Positions 38,157-48,734 of a stretch of DNA of 64,000 nucleotides are shown piece by piece (the first letter of the stretch is position 1; each line of letters opens with the position of its first letter). The DNA is taken from positions 33,703 to 97,702 of the IMG/VR virus record IMGVR_UViG_3300023179_009191, one strand, 5' to 3'. A program made the position numbers and the translations under genes. The notes beneath the pieces were generated by a model that was not told where the DNA came from, searched no databases, and saw only the letters and a list, made by a program, of their open reading frames with translations. Source of the stretch: a virus.

Positions 38157-38321
38157 TTAAAAAAGTTTTTGGTTGGAAGTTTTTTCAATTCTATCTTTTA
38201 GCTTAGAGTTGATTACTTCCTGTAAATATTTATTGGCTTCTGCATAATTTTTTTGAGAAATATTTTTAATAAAGTTTAAAATGTTTTCTCTTTCTGCAGT
38301 CTCTAGATTATTGTTAATCAT
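38157..38321 (-). CDS. small prohead core protein (gp67-like), 54 aa
   Basis: FIKNI...NYAEA...L...I..KL..RI between gp21 and gp22. Confidence 0.55.
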   Translation of the reverse strand: MINNNLETAERENILNFIKNISQKNYAEANKYLQEVINSKLKDRIEKTSNQKLF

Positions 38322-38338
38322 GTGTTTATATTATTTAT

Positions 38339-38998
38339 TTAAAGTTTGCTTATAAAATTCAATATTTGTTCTTTCAAGAAATAACTTACATTGTGCTTAG
38401 GCAAGGTGGCCAGGCTTCTCTCTAGAGCTGCATATGTTTCCTCCAGTTCGCCGTTGGATTTTAAAACATACTGCTTGCTCTCTAAAATTCCATTTACAAA
38501 TGCTTTGGGGCAGCTTGGATCTGCAACACAGTCAATGGCAATGAGTCTCATGTTAGTAACTTTGTTAACGCCATTTTCTTCATTGAGCTCACCCAAAGCT
38601 CTGGATGACATGCCAACACTGACACCATCTTTGACCAAGCATTCAACAATTTTTCCTGAAGGTGTGGAGAGTACTTGAGACTTACCATAAACATAATTGC
38701 CTTCCATTCTCAAGTTTGTCACCAAATGACATGCATTAGCTAAATTTACATCAGCAGACTCAGGGTGATTGAGCTCACCCATGGCTCTTTTTGATTCCAC
38801 CATTTCTTTGGTATATCGTGCCACCTCTTTCATCATGTCATCTTTCTCATAGATGCGTTTGTTTTTGTTTACAGTTTCACACATCATGTAGGGGCCAGAA
38901 ATAAAAAGTTTAGGTGACTCTTTATTATTTTTTTCTTCATAAATGTATTCAAAGTCGCCATTATTTTGAGGCGTTTCGACAATAAGACGCAGTGCCAT
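38339..38998 (-). CDS. prohead protease gp21
   Basis: NKNKRIY, GELNHP, TPSGKI, GMSSRALG, DCVADPS. Confidence 0.95.
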   Translation of the reverse strand: MALRLIVETPQNNGDFEYIYEEKNNKESPKLFISGPYMMCETVNKNKRIYEKDDMMKEVARYTKEMVESKRAMGELNHPESADVNLANACHLVTNLRMEGNYVYGKSQVLSTPSGKIVECLVKDGVSVGMSSRALGELNEENGVNKVTNMRLIAIDCVADPSCPKAFVNGILESKQYVLKSNGELEETYAALERSLATLPKHNVSYFLKEQILNFISKL

Positions 38999-39016
38999 AA
39001 TATTATTTATTAAATT

Positions 39017-39481
39017 CTAGCTTCTTTTACTAATACCTAATTCTTTTTCTGTTAAAATAAGAAATTTATAGCCTCTTTGCTCACACCATTGTTTAGCAGC
39101 TTCCCACTTGGAAATATTCTGTAAATATCTATAATTTTCATAATTAATAGTACTTCTACGCTTGTTTCCGGAAACAGGTGTTTTTGTTTGACTGGACGGC
39201 TTTATTTCAATAATATACTTTACTATTTTATCATTTTCTTTCAAAGCAATTATACCATCAGTATAGTATCTATGTACTTTACCATCTGCTTTGCTTATGT
39301 ATGGAATTATTACTGATTCTGAGGCCCATTCTAAAATGTTAGGGTTGTCATCACACCAACGAAAAAACTTGAGCTCCCACCCTGATCTGTAAACAGGCAT
39401 GTTTTTACCCACATATTTTTTGGCATTCTTAGGCTTAAAAAACCCTTGCCTATATTTATCATCTCTCTTGAGAGGCAGCAT
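39017..39481 (-). CDS. head completion nuclease gp4
   Basis: YRSGWE..F..WCD.N..I..WASE, HRYYTD, IEIKP, KWEAA. Confidence 0.92.
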   Translation of the reverse strand: MLPLKRDDKYRQGFFKPKNAKKYVGKNMPVYRSGWELKFFRWCDDNPNILEWASESVIIPYISKADGKVHRYYTDGIIALKENDKIVKYIIEIKPSSQTKTPVSGNKRRSTINYENYRYLQNISKWEAAKQWCEQRGYKFLILTEKELGISKRS

Positions 39482-39483
39482 AT

Positions 39484-40572
39484 TTACCCAACAAAGAACA
39501 TGGGTGGTGCTGAATCACCAAATCCTGCAGGGCCCTGTTGCAGGAGCAATGCTTCAAGTTTTTCTTTTTCTGCTTTACCATCTTCAAGAATAGCAGCATT
39601 TATGGTACCGCCACCAAAAAGCTGGGTGCCCTGATATTTGCCCCTGATAGTACCTACAGTTATTTTGCTCAAAGCCAGAGCATACTGATAAACCCATTGC
39701 TCCTTGATAATATCTTTCAGAGGTCTCTCAACATGGCAATAAATTACACCATAAAAACGACTGCCAGAACCAGGCGTCCTGGGTGGTGGCATCATTACTA
39801 AATATTGAGTACGAGGATCAAAAGTGAAATATCTTCTTTGTGCCAGAAGCTTTTCTCTGTCTTTAAGCCAATTCTTTAAAACATACCAGCTTATCAAATC
39901 AAACCCATAGTTTCCCATGGCATAACTAAAATAAGTTTGCTGAGCTAAAGTTTGTTCAATAGTAAATAGTGTATTAACACCTGTTGTACTGCCTTCTTCA
40001 AAATCAACAACATCAACTACTTTTCTATAATCCATTATATCATAATCAAAGCTATTGTAGAATTTTTCCTTAATGCATTCACCGGTTCCAGATGCATCAA
40101 AGAAAGAGCTTAACCCTGGATTGTAGCTTGTTATGGGCGAATAAGTAGACTGTTGAAAAATTTGATTTTTAAAAATACCATTTTCATACGTGGCAGACAG
40201 AGCTGAGGATGATGAAAAAGTGGATGCTGGTAATGATGTATTAGCTACATAAACAGTGGGAACTGTGGGATCTATGACTTTGTTAAATGTGGGAGAAATA
40301 CTAAAGAGCTCGTCAAGCTTGAGACCCTTGCCATCCACATATAGATCTGAATCAAACACCAGGTATTCTTCTGTATAGCCTGCATATTTAGTAAACATTT
40401 CAACTGACACACTAATATTTTCAAACAATTGATCGTGGTGAATCTCCACGGTAACCAAAGGAGCACCTAATGCTCTCATGATTCTTTCTCCTAATCTCTG
40501 ATATGAGCAAATCTTATTATTAAGATTAGTGCTTTGAAAAGCAGAGATTGGTGTTACATCTGTACAGGGCAT
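39484..40572 (-). CDS. neck protein gp13
   Basis: LGAPLVTVEI, WVYQYALAL.K...G..RGKY, GG.TIN, PPMFFVG. Confidence 0.85.
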   Translation of the reverse strand: MPCTDVTPISAFQSTNLNNKICSYQRLGERIMRALGAPLVTVEIHHDQLFENISVSVEMFTKYAGYTEEYLVFDSDLYVDGKGLKLDELFSISPTFNKVIDPTVPTVYVANTSLPASTFSSSSALSATYENGIFKNQIFQQSTYSPITSYNPGLSSFFDASGTGECIKEKFYNSFDYDIMDYRKVVDVVDFEEGSTTGVNTLFTIEQTLAQQTYFSYAMGNYGFDLISWYVLKNWLKDREKLLAQRRYFTFDPRTQYLVMMPPPRTPGSGSRFYGVIYCHVERPLKDIIKEQWVYQYALALSKITVGTIRGKYQGTQLFGGGTINAAILEDGKAEKEKLEALLLQQGPAGFGDSAPPMFFVG

Positions 40573-40583
40573 TTAAATATTTA

Positions 40584-42359
40584 TTAAGCAGGCAAGGCTG
40601 TTTCACCGCCTGGAGCAGCTTCAGGGCCTGCAGCACTGGTTTCAGTTTCAGCTTCAGCTCCACCAGCAGCTGCTGTCTCTGGTGCAGGCCCAAAAGCAGG
40701 CGGAGCCTCTGAACCGCCTGCAGGTGCAGCTCCACCACCACCAGTTTCTCCTGGTGCTGCTACAGTTTGGCCTTGTTGCCTCCAGTTGGGGCCAGCATTT
40801 TCAATCTGCGCAAGTTCCCACAATAATTCCTTGTCTTTTCTTAGAAATTCTCTGTTTGCCATAATGTCACTATCAGACCAGCCCAGATATTTTTTCTGGG
40901 CATATGTCTTGGAGACCAGATCGCTTTGTGTAATTGTATTGAAGCTATTTGCTTTGAGCTCAAACTTCTGATTTTCTCTTAATTCATAGAAGTTAGTAGG
41001 AACATTGAAGGTAAGAGTAAAATCTTCTTCATGCAGCTTTATCTCTTCCCATATGCCCTTCAGTTTGAGGTGGGTAATAAAGCCGCCCTTTAATCCTGAT
41101 GCAAACCTTTGCTGCAATCTAATTATGAATCTTGCAAACTTTAATTCTTCTCTAAGAATATTTGTACCATCAGTATATACATCATCAGGGTTTAATCTTG
41201 ATGTGGGTACTTTGAGTGACTTATATAATTTTTTAACAAAATACAATAGATCTGTAAGCTCACCCAGATTTTGTCCAGCAGGAAGTGATGTAACTGTTGT
41301 CCCCTCACTTCCAGTTCTTTTGGCAAACCAAAAACTGTCAAGCATGGATTGAGGATTAAATTTTTGTACTGTAGCATTTTGATCAGCATCAAATGTTCTT
41401 CTGGACCAATAGTTGGTCATGAGTTTGCGTAGGTATGCTTCTGCTTTGGGCGGGGGCATGTTACCCACATCTACGTTGAATACAAGTCTTTCTGGAGCCC
41501 TTACTAAGCGATAAATTACAATTGAATCTTCTATAAGAGACAGCTGTCTGTAAGCTCGGCGAGCATTTTCTATAAATGGAAGGCGCACAGTTTTGCTTTC
41601 ATTCCATATGCCTGAATTTACATATGTTACTTGGTTAATATCCAGAGGAACCAGTTCAGTCTTTACTATTTTACCGGGGTTCTTGGAATCATAAATAGGT
41701 TTTCTAAGCAGATATCCTTTTATGTTCATGTTTTGCACATTTGCATAAACAGGATCAACTGAATCAGAGGGTATAGTAAGCACACCAAGAATACCTTCTT
41801 TGGTAAATTTCTTGTGGATTATATGCTCAAAATATACTTCAGCATCAACTAATAAATTTCGCACATACTCCCATCCCTTGTTTTCCAAATCAAAATAACT
41901 AACATATTTTTGAAATTCTTTTTTAATTTTATTTTTTTGTGTATCAGACAAATTAGTATCTTTAAAAATTACTTTTATAATTTCACCATTATCATCTTTG
42001 TTAATAAATTCATCACAAATTTCATCAAGTGCATCTGCTACTTCAGCAAAAGCTGCCATGACTCTGTAATCCATGAGCCGGCGTGCTTTATCAGGCTGAA
42101 TATTTGCATACATAAATTCATGATAGTTTTTATCACGAATTATATTGCCAAATAAATCTTCAGAATAAAAAGTAGTATTTGAAATGGATTGTCTTGAAAG
42201 TGCTTCACTTCGCTTTGTGCCTTGCTCATAAAAGGCATCATATTTAGGATTCAATTGATTTATTTTGTTGTTAACATCAACTGACTGGTAGGGCAATTTA
42301 GATGAGATAAATTTCATTAAATCTCTTCCAAATGTAGATTCACGATTGGGGTCAGCCAT
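40584..42359 (-). CDS. portal protein gp20
   Basis: YRQLSLIEDSIVIYRLVRAPER..F..DVGNMP..KAE, REELKF.RFI.RLQ. Confidence 0.96.
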   Translation of the reverse strand: MADPNRESTFGRDLMKFISSKLPYQSVDVNNKINQLNPKYDAFYEQGTKRSEALSRQSISNTTFYSEDLFGNIIRDKNYHEFMYANIQPDKARRLMDYRVMAAFAEVADALDEICDEFINKDDNGEIIKVIFKDTNLSDTQKNKIKKEFQKYVSYFDLENKGWEYVRNLLVDAEVYFEHIIHKKFTKEGILGVLTIPSDSVDPVYANVQNMNIKGYLLRKPIYDSKNPGKIVKTELVPLDINQVTYVNSGIWNESKTVRLPFIENARRAYRQLSLIEDSIVIYRLVRAPERLVFNVDVGNMPPPKAEAYLRKLMTNYWSRRTFDADQNATVQKFNPQSMLDSFWFAKRTGSEGTTVTSLPAGQNLGELTDLLYFVKKLYKSLKVPTSRLNPDDVYTDGTNILREELKFARFIIRLQQRFASGLKGGFITHLKLKGIWEEIKLHEEDFTLTFNVPTNFYELRENQKFELKANSFNTITQSDLVSKTYAQKKYLGWSDSDIMANREFLRKDKELLWELAQIENAGPNWRQQGQTVAAPGETGGGGAAPAGGSEAPPAFGPAPETAAAGGAEAETETSAAGPEAAPGGETALPA

Positions 42360-42451
42360 ATAGATATTTATAATATATTAAAGTATTTAAAAATCTATTA
42401 TTTATTAAATGTTTACAAGCATTTAAATCTTAGCTGTGGTAATATGTAGTG

Positions 42452-42796
42452 TTATGCAGATGTATAATTAATGAGATAATCTTCTTTGGAAAGCAAAGAA
42501 TAGCCTGCATTATTGCCTATAATAATATCATAAGTAGAGCTCAGAGCTGGAAAACCACCTACCGTAATTTCTATAAGATTGTTGTTTTTTACTGAATATG
42601 TATTAATTTCATATCCGGAGAATGGCGGGAAGCATGCAGATAGTTTTGCATTATCTGCAAACAGGTTAACTGCAGTCACAGAAGAGATAGAAGAATTGCT
42701 CGTGGAGCTCAAATACACAAAAAATGTTTTATCGTAAAAATATCCTTTTAATGAAATATTTGCGGATTGCCCAGGGTGAAGAGTTAAGATGTTCAT
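42452..42796 (-). CDS. hypothetical structural protein
   Basis: ATGA-coupled to gp15; Ser-rich. Confidence 0.6.
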   Translation of the reverse strand: MNILTLHPGQSANISLKGYFYDKTFFVYLSSTSNSSISSVTAVNLFADNAKLSACFPPFSGYEINTYSVKNNNLIEITVGGFPALSSTYDIIIGNNAGYSLLSKEDYLINYTSA

Positions 42797-43602
42797 GTTA
42801 TTACTGTATAATCAAAGTTGGTATTTTGTGGGTAACCAGAAACACCAACAAATTCAGTTTCATTTGCAACATTAGAACTTGCAGGGTATGTATAAGATAA
42901 CCCTGATAGTGTTTCATAATCTGTTAAAATTCTTGAATTATAGAATTTGTTGTCAATATAGAAAATATTTGCAACAGGATCAGAGAATGCTGTAAATAGC
43001 CAGCCTTTTATGGTGAAGGAGGTGTCAGCAACTATTCTATATTTTTCGCTTGGGCCTATGTCGGTGGGGTAGCTTAAATTTAAATTGCCATTCCACAAAA
43101 CTTCACTTCTTATTTCCTGTGGTATTGAGAAACCACCGGTGGCCAGATCTTCTGGTATTTTCCATGACAAGATAATGTATGGGTTGCTATAAGGTACAAA
43201 ATTACTAATAATTTGATCCATGTCTGTTTGAAATTTTGTTAATATGGACATGTTTAGTGATATATTCACAGGCACAGGGCTTTTTATAAATGTGCTTTTG
43301 TCTGTTGTGGCTTGCAATGTTTTTCCTTGAGGCAAATAAAATCCGTTTACTTTGTTAAAAACTCTGGATTCGTCTCTGGAGATACCAGCAATGCTCACTG
43401 CAACTACTGGCACAGTGATATTTTGAGCCTTATTCACCAGATCAAACATTACTCTTTGTTTTGGAGAATATACATATCTTACTTGTACACCATTCTGAGG
43501 AATGCGGTTAGCATTATACCTCTTTATTACAATGTTGTCAAAAGCATTAACAAACTGTGTAATTAAGTCTTTTACTTCAAAATGATATGTATAATTTAAC
43601 AC
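42793..43602 (-). CDS. tail terminator/sheath stabilizer gp15
   Basis: Y.F....F.NI.I.R, YSPKQR, P.PVNI...MSI..K...DMDQI...F.P; GTG start after ATAAATA. Confidence 0.85.
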   Translation of the reverse strand: MLNYTYHFEVKDLITQFVNAFDNIVIKRYNANRIPQNGVQVRYVYSPKQRVMFDLVNKAQNITVPVVAVSIAGISRDESRVFNKVNGFYLPQGKTLQATTDKSTFIKSPVPVNISLNMSILTKFQTDMDQIISNFVPYSNPYIILSWKIPEDLATGGFSIPQEIRSEVLWNGNLNLSYPTDIGPSEKYRIVADTSFTIKGWLFTAFSDPVANIFYIDNKFYNSRILTDYETLSGLSYTYPASSNVANETEFVGVSGYPQNTNFDYTVIT

Positions 43603-43613
43603 AATATTATTTA

Positions 43614-45245
43614 TCAGCAAACTCTATCAATAAAATAACGAGGAAGCTTATCTTTAAGTCTTTTTAAAACATTAACAATATTACCATCTAAAATGTAGGT
43701 GGTCGAATAATCATGTTTGCTTCTGGTAGCTCTACCACAGGCTTGTACAACAGCGTTAAGCATTTTATTTTCATACCAGTTTTTATCCATATCAAACAAC
43801 TTTTTTATTCTTTTGCTAGAAAGAGGTGGATATGGAAGTTTTACTATGATCTGAAATCTGGCTAAATCATCTTTTAAATCAATTCCATAAGCAAGAGATG
43901 GTGATACTAAAATTGTAGGAAAATCAGATTCAAAGTGCTGCTTCAAAATGTCTTCATTATTCATTGTTTCATCTCTAAATAGAAATCGTCTGTTAGTATA
44001 CAATTTATTTTTTAAAATATTGGTAATTTCTTGTGTGTGGGTATGAATAATGCCTTTATCGTTTTTATGAAATTCAACAATTTGCTTTATTTGTTCAGCT
44101 ATGTTAGGAAGTACTATTTTGAGATTTTTATAATTTAAATTATTTCTTGAAGTTACATGTATGGGTGATTTTGCTGGATCAAAATCACTTTCTGCTTCAA
44201 TATATTCATACTCCTTGATGCCTAAAGTTTTGGCAAAATTTTTATGATCTATGATTGTTGCAGACATGAGCAATATGTTGTCACCGCAATCAAATATATG
44301 CTTTGATAGTCTGTCAATCTTGAGAGGGGTAAATGTTACCTTTCTTACATCGCGGTCAACAACAAATTCACAGTCACGCCAGAGTGTATCAATAGAGGAG
44401 AGAGAATTAATCAAATTTTTTAAATAAATGAGTTTAATTCTATCTGGCTGAGAGAGTACATTATGTTTTTTTCCAGCTTTAATTGTCAGATTGTTAATTT
44501 TTTCATTGCAGCTAAGCATCAAGTCTCCAATCCATGCTCTTATTTTTTCATATGACTCGTTGGTAAGAATTCGGTAATCAATACCATAATTTTTGAGACG
44601 CTCATAATTTATTTCTGCAGAGAAGCGTTTTACAAGTTCATCTTCTAATTCTGAAGCTTCATCACAAATTATAAAATTCTTGCGTTTAAGATGTTTGGGC
44701 AAAGCCAAAAACATCTTATAATTTAGAACAGAAAATTTAGATAAAAGAGCTGTGTTTCTTGCATTATAATATGGGCATCTATTTTTTTCCCAGCAGTCAT
44801 CTTTAAGCTTGTTAACAAATAAACAAGGTGCAGTCTCTACATCAAAATTTTGATCTATATCACAAATATAGTTTGTTTTTCCTTTGAGAATATTAGTTTC
44901 AGGAAAAAGCTTAACATACTGATCTTGAAGAGATTTTGTGATAGTAAGTGCAAAGCAGCCAAAGGGCGGTGTAGAGAGGCATTCCACTTCATTAGCATAA
45001 TTGCCAAGATGGTCTTGTTTGTATGCCTGGTATGAAGTAACAAGATTTGCAAATTTTTGATCACAATCATTGCTTGCTCCTGCAAGTGTTTTAGCTAGAA
45101 AACTCTTACCAGATCCAGTTGGTGCACAAACAATTACAAATTTTTTGCCTTTATTAAAGGCTCTTTCAACGCTTTTTATAAGCTTAATTTGATTATTAGA
45201 GGGATTGTATTCTTTGGGAAAATGATTTAAATAACGGCTAAACAC
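43614..45245 (-). CDS. DinG/YoaA-like SF2 helicase (Fe-S type)
   Basis: APTGSGKS, LKGKTNYIC, CPY, ICDEA, MSAT, QACGRATR. Confidence 0.88.
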   Translation of the reverse strand: MFSRYLNHFPKEYNPSNNQIKLIKSVERAFNKGKKFVIVCAPTGSGKSFLAKTLAGASNDCDQKFANLVTSYQAYKQDHLGNYANEVECLSTPPFGCFALTITKSLQDQYVKLFPETNILKGKTNYICDIDQNFDVETAPCLFVNKLKDDCWEKNRCPYYNARNTALLSKFSVLNYKMFLALPKHLKRKNFIICDEASELEDELVKRFSAEINYERLKNYGIDYRILTNESYEKIRAWIGDLMLSCNEKINNLTIKAGKKHNVLSQPDRIKLIYLKNLINSLSSIDTLWRDCEFVVDRDVRKVTFTPLKIDRLSKHIFDCGDNILLMSATIIDHKNFAKTLGIKEYEYIEAESDFDPAKSPIHVTSRNNLNYKNLKIVLPNIAEQIKQIVEFHKNDKGIIHTHTQEITNILKNKLYTNRRFLFRDETMNNEDILKQHFESDFPTILVSPSLAYGIDLKDDLARFQIIVKLPYPPLSSKRIKKLFDMDKNWYENKMLNAVVQACGRATRSKHDYSTTYILDGNIVNVLKRLKDKLPRYFIDRVC

Positions 45246-45273
45246 AATTTATAATAGCATCAATTTTTGCAAT

Positions 45274-45621
45274 TTAAATATATATTTTTAAAATAAGTTT
45301 CTTATTAAAAAGTTTTGACTGCTTCTTATTTTTAAGCTTGAGTAAATAATCTTTTATAGCAGGATTATTTTTTACAAAAGTTTCAATGGTGTAATCAAAC
45401 GTAATACTATTATCATTTTCTAAATAAACAAATGGGTAAGGAATTTCATATAAAAATCTTTTATTTTTTTGTGCACTATATAGTAAAAATGAACAGAAAA
45501 AGTCTTTAATACTAAACAGAATAATTTTACCTGACTTGATTGTTTTATTATCAATTACAAAATCAATTTTCTTTTGTAAATGCTTGTTGATTGTATTAAT
45601 AATATGTTCAGGTGAGATCAT
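45274..45621 (-). CDS. hypothetical protein
   Basis: ATGA-coupled ORF. Confidence 0.65.
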   Translation of the reverse strand: MISPEHIINTINKHLQKKIDFVIDNKTIKSGKIILFSIKDFFCSFLLYSAQKNKRFLYEIPYPFVYLENDNSITFDYTIETFVKNNPAIKDYLLKLKNKKQSKLFNKKLILKIYI

Positions 45622-45995
45622 CGGTTCATGAAATTTATTTTTTGTGATGTGGTAAGTTTGGATAATTTTTGAGCAAAATAATTCCAGAATTCTTTATTAG
45701 CAGGTATGGTAGTAATTAAATTACAGGCAGCCATGTTTACACATCTATAATTTTGCATGAAGATATCCCAAACTATAAGCAAATTTTTTTGATTTGGATT
45801 AAATTTAGGAGGTCTATTTGTGGGTCTGTAATTTAATACTAGTCTGCCTTCAGTACTATTAAGCAATGTAAAACTATTAGTGCAAAGCATTCTTCTGGTT
45901 TCAGGGAAGCCTGGTTTTATGCGGCGTCTAAAGAATTTTATTTCTGTAACATTGTTTTGAACAATGGTTTTTAAGGTTGGTAGTGAAACCTTCAT
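45618..45995 (-). CDS. WYL_2/Sm-like SH3-barrel protein
   Basis: F.R...RRMLCT...VWD....YR pattern typical of T4-like phages. Confidence 0.6.
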   Translation of the reverse strand: MKVSLPTLKTIVQNNVTEIKFFRRRIKPGFPETRRMLCTNSFTLLNSTEGRLVLNYRPTNRPPKFNPNQKNLLIVWDIFMQNYRCVNMAACNLITTIPANKEFWNYFAQKLSKLTTSQKINFMNR

Positions 45996-46000
45996 TCACC

Positions 46001-46444
46001 TTATTTCTTTTTCTTCACAGTTTGTGCAGCTACAGAGGTATTATCTTCTAATACAGAGCAAATTCCAAAAATGCGCTGCTCATTAAGAAAGATACCCTTC
46101 CTGAGAGTACCGTAACCATCAACAGCTATATTTGCTACAGGTATGCCAAGATTATTAGGAAAGCATACATGATCACCTGTTTTGGTATGTTTAGCATTGG
46201 GGCCAGCTAAAATTACTTCTCCTATACGCCATGCTTTAGTGTCTACATTGACGGGTACAACAATACCATTGCGTACAATACTCGCACCATCTTCAGTTTC
46301 ATCTACAAATTTTACAAGCAAAACATCATCAAGCAATGTTTTTAAGCTGAAACCGTAAAAAACAGAATTAAATGAATTTTTGGGCAATTCAGACAAATCA
46401 ATTAAACTTTTTTGTGTGGGTAGTATATCAATATTGGCAGGCAT
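46001..46444 (-). CDS. co-chaperonin GroES/gp31-like
   Basis: LDDVLLV...GIVVP...GEVILAGP...GD.V...LNE..IFG. Confidence 0.8.
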   Translation of the reverse strand: MPANIDILPTQKSLIDLSELPKNSFNSVFYGFSLKTLLDDVLLVKFVDETEDGASIVRNGIVVPVNVDTKAWRIGEVILAGPNAKHTKTGDHVCFPNNLGIPVANIAVDGYGTLRKGIFLNEQRIFGICSVLEDNTSVAAQTVKKKK

Positions 46445-46447
46445 ATA

Positions 46448-46819
46448 TTAATTTAATTTGTAGTTAAGAGATTTCAATACTTCAGTATAATTTTTTATTT
46501 CACGCAAAGATAATTCCATGGCTTTTGAATATTGCATTTGTTCGTTGTTTTCTTCTTTTTGTTCTTTTGTCTTTTTAAAATAAGTTATTTTTTTAGTTGG
46601 TACTTTATCAAAAATATTAATAAACAAATAATACAGAGAATGCTTATTAAGAGTAAGATATTTGTTTAATAGATTGCTCTTTAATGCAAGTGCATTAGAA
46701 TACATGCTAACCCACCTGTTTATCATATAAGGCATAAATAAAGATTCAGAATCTATGTTTGATAGTGTATTTTTCTTTTTATGAAAAAGAATATCTGCTA
46801 AGAAATCAAATATTGTCAT
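46448..46819 (-). CDS. clamp loader small subunit gp62
   Basis: FDFL..I...K, F.PYMINRWVSM. Confidence 0.75.
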   Translation of the reverse strand: MTIFDFLADILFHKKKNTLSNIDSESLFMPYMINRWVSMYSNALALKSNLLNKYLTLNKHSLYYLFINIFDKVPTKKITYFKKTKEQKEENNEQMQYSKAMELSLREIKNYTEVLKSLNYKLN

Positions 46820-47406
46820 TAACAAATAACTTTTGATGTAGCAATAAAAATATCGTCGTTGAGTGAATAGAACAGCTCAACAATATCATTCATAAATGCA
46901 GTACTAGCGCTGTCAGTTAGATTGGTACTAAAGGCAAAGGCGGGGGCTCTTTTACCAGCAACAACATTAATACCGGTATGGCCAAGAGCAACATTATTTT
47001 TAGAGTACGTAATGCTTACACTGCACTTGCCTTTTTGCTGTGTAACCCCGCCTTGTTGATGTTCCTTATGAACAATAAGATCATCACCATCCACTTCAAT
47101 AGGAGCCTTAAGGTATTTGGAACTTAAAATATTAGCAAGCTGTGTGTTAAAGAGTCTCTGCCATGCAACTGCACCAAAGGGATCAAGATTTGGAATTTCC
47201 CAAAGAAAGTTAATAGCATCATCACTATAAATAAAATCATTGTTAAGAACGTCTTCAGAATCAATCATGCCCTCTGTTTCAACTTTCATAGGAGCTCTGA
47301 AAGCAATTATATTACCAATGGGAAGTGTCTTATCACGAAAAAACTTATAAGCAAAACGTGCATGAAGTAGCTTACCGTCATAAACTTTGATATCATTTAA
47401 AATCAT
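46819..47406 (-). CDS. DUF366 family protein (BPL/LplA-like fold)
   Basis: YDG..L...AY, I.AFR.P..V..M.D.ED, I.S, GDDL, GK.SVSI, HTGIN. Confidence 0.75.
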   Translation of the reverse strand: MILNDIKVYDGKLLHARFAYKFFRDKTLPIGNIIAFRAPMKVETEGMIDSEDVLNNDFIYSDDAINFLWEIPNLDPFGAVAWQRLFNTQLANILSSKYLKAPIEVDGDDLIVHKEHQQGGVTQQKGKCSVSITYSKNNVALGHTGINVVAGKRAPAFAFSTNLTDSASTAFMNDIVELFYSLNDDIFIATSKVIC

Positions 47407-47444
47407 AAATCAATTTTATATTATATTAAAATAAGATCAAGCAA

Positions 47445-48143
47445 TTAAAGTTGCAGTATGTTAGAGATTTTATTCCAAATACCGACATCAACGATGGCGC
47501 GGTTTTTAGATCCCATACCTTCATAAATGCCTTGATTATTAAGATGATTCCTTATTCTTATTTGAGGATATGTAAGTGCTTTCTGAATTTCTTCTTCAGA
47601 GGGTACAGCAGTTAAATTATGCAAACAATATCTATCTAAGTATGTCTTATTCACATTTTGTGATGTCATGATATCTCCTATGACAACATCATCCTCTTTG
47701 AAATAATTGACAGTATTAAAGTTTTTAGCTAAAAGCTGTAGCATGTCTTGCGAGAAAATAATACAAGCTCCTGAAACAAAATGCCATGCTGGGTCAAAAA
47801 ACCCCATATAAATATTATCTTTAAGTGTTGCAAGCTTTTCTCTGATAATATCCATATTAATAAAAGTTGAGCTATTTACTCTTATTATAAAATCATAGTT
47901 ATTAAAAATACCGCTTTGAATAAGATTAATGAATTTTAAATATATCACTGGTATTCCACCTTCATTATGTATATCAGAATAATAATTTAAACTGCGTTTG
48001 CTTAAATCATTTTTTGAATTATCTGTACCATTATAAACAAAATAATAATCTTCATTGTTTTTTTCTAAATAAGCGCGCTTTATTTTATCAAAATGATTAT
48101 ATAGCGGATCATCATACGTCATAACAGCTGTGCATATTTTCAT
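47445..48143 (-). CDS. GT-A glycosyltransferase (GT31-like)
   Basis: YDFIIRVNSSTF, FVSGA.I.FS, EDDV.IG. Confidence 0.7.
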   Translation of the reverse strand: MKICTAVMTYDDPLYNHFDKIKRAYLEKNNEDYYFVYNGTDNSKNDLSKRSLNYYSDIHNEGGIPVIYLKFINLIQSGIFNNYDFIIRVNSSTFINMDIIREKLATLKDNIYMGFFDPAWHFVSGACIIFSQDMLQLLAKNFNTVNYFKEDDVVIGDIMTSQNVNKTYLDRYCLHNLTAVPSEEEIQKALTYPQIRIRNHLNNQGIYEGMGSKNRAIVDVGIWNKISNILQL

Positions 48144-48730
48144 ACAGCTTCTTCTTTATATTTTAAAACGACAATATTATTATCATCCAAAACAGGAGTA
48201 TTTTGAGATAAATCTAATATGTACAACTTTAATTGATCTTTTAAAGACATCAAATTATTAACTGTTGAAACGTGTATATCTTCATAGTACATCATGCCTT
48301 TATCTGAAAGTAGTTGGTCGTAATTTTTAAAGAAAAATTCCTGATGATGCCATGCATGGCTTCCGTCGTCTATAATTATATCAAACATTCCATGTTCTTT
48401 TTTTATAAAATCTATAGTTTCTTGATAAAGCATCTTTTTTATAAAATTTTATTTTGTCATTAAACTTTGGCTGCAATTCTGCATCATATGGATCAATGCC
48501 CACAACCAAATCAGCAAAATTTAATTCAGACCATATTATTAAACTAATACCAGTAAATACTCCTATCTCTAAAATTTTAAGATTTCTACCAATACGGTTA
48601 GCCTGTGCATAAAAAGTAAATCATAAATAGGACCATATCTATGAGCTTGCCGGCCTTTTGAATTTAAATCTCCCGGAATAAAATGTTTATCGCATATAGA
48701 ATCAGACAATATTTTACATATGTTGCTCAT
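48140..48730 (-). pseudogene. class I SAM methyltransferase interrupted by two single-base frameshifts
   Basis: HRY...Y / ILEIGV..G.SL..W...VGID / FDIIIDDGSH...Q...G..Y.ED split across frames at about 48613 and 48428. Confidence 0.75.
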
Positions 48731-48734
48731 ACTT

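Noticed and set aside
46001-46444. GroES without GroEL as a novelty
   Set aside because: Ordinary for T4-like phages (gp31 paradigm).
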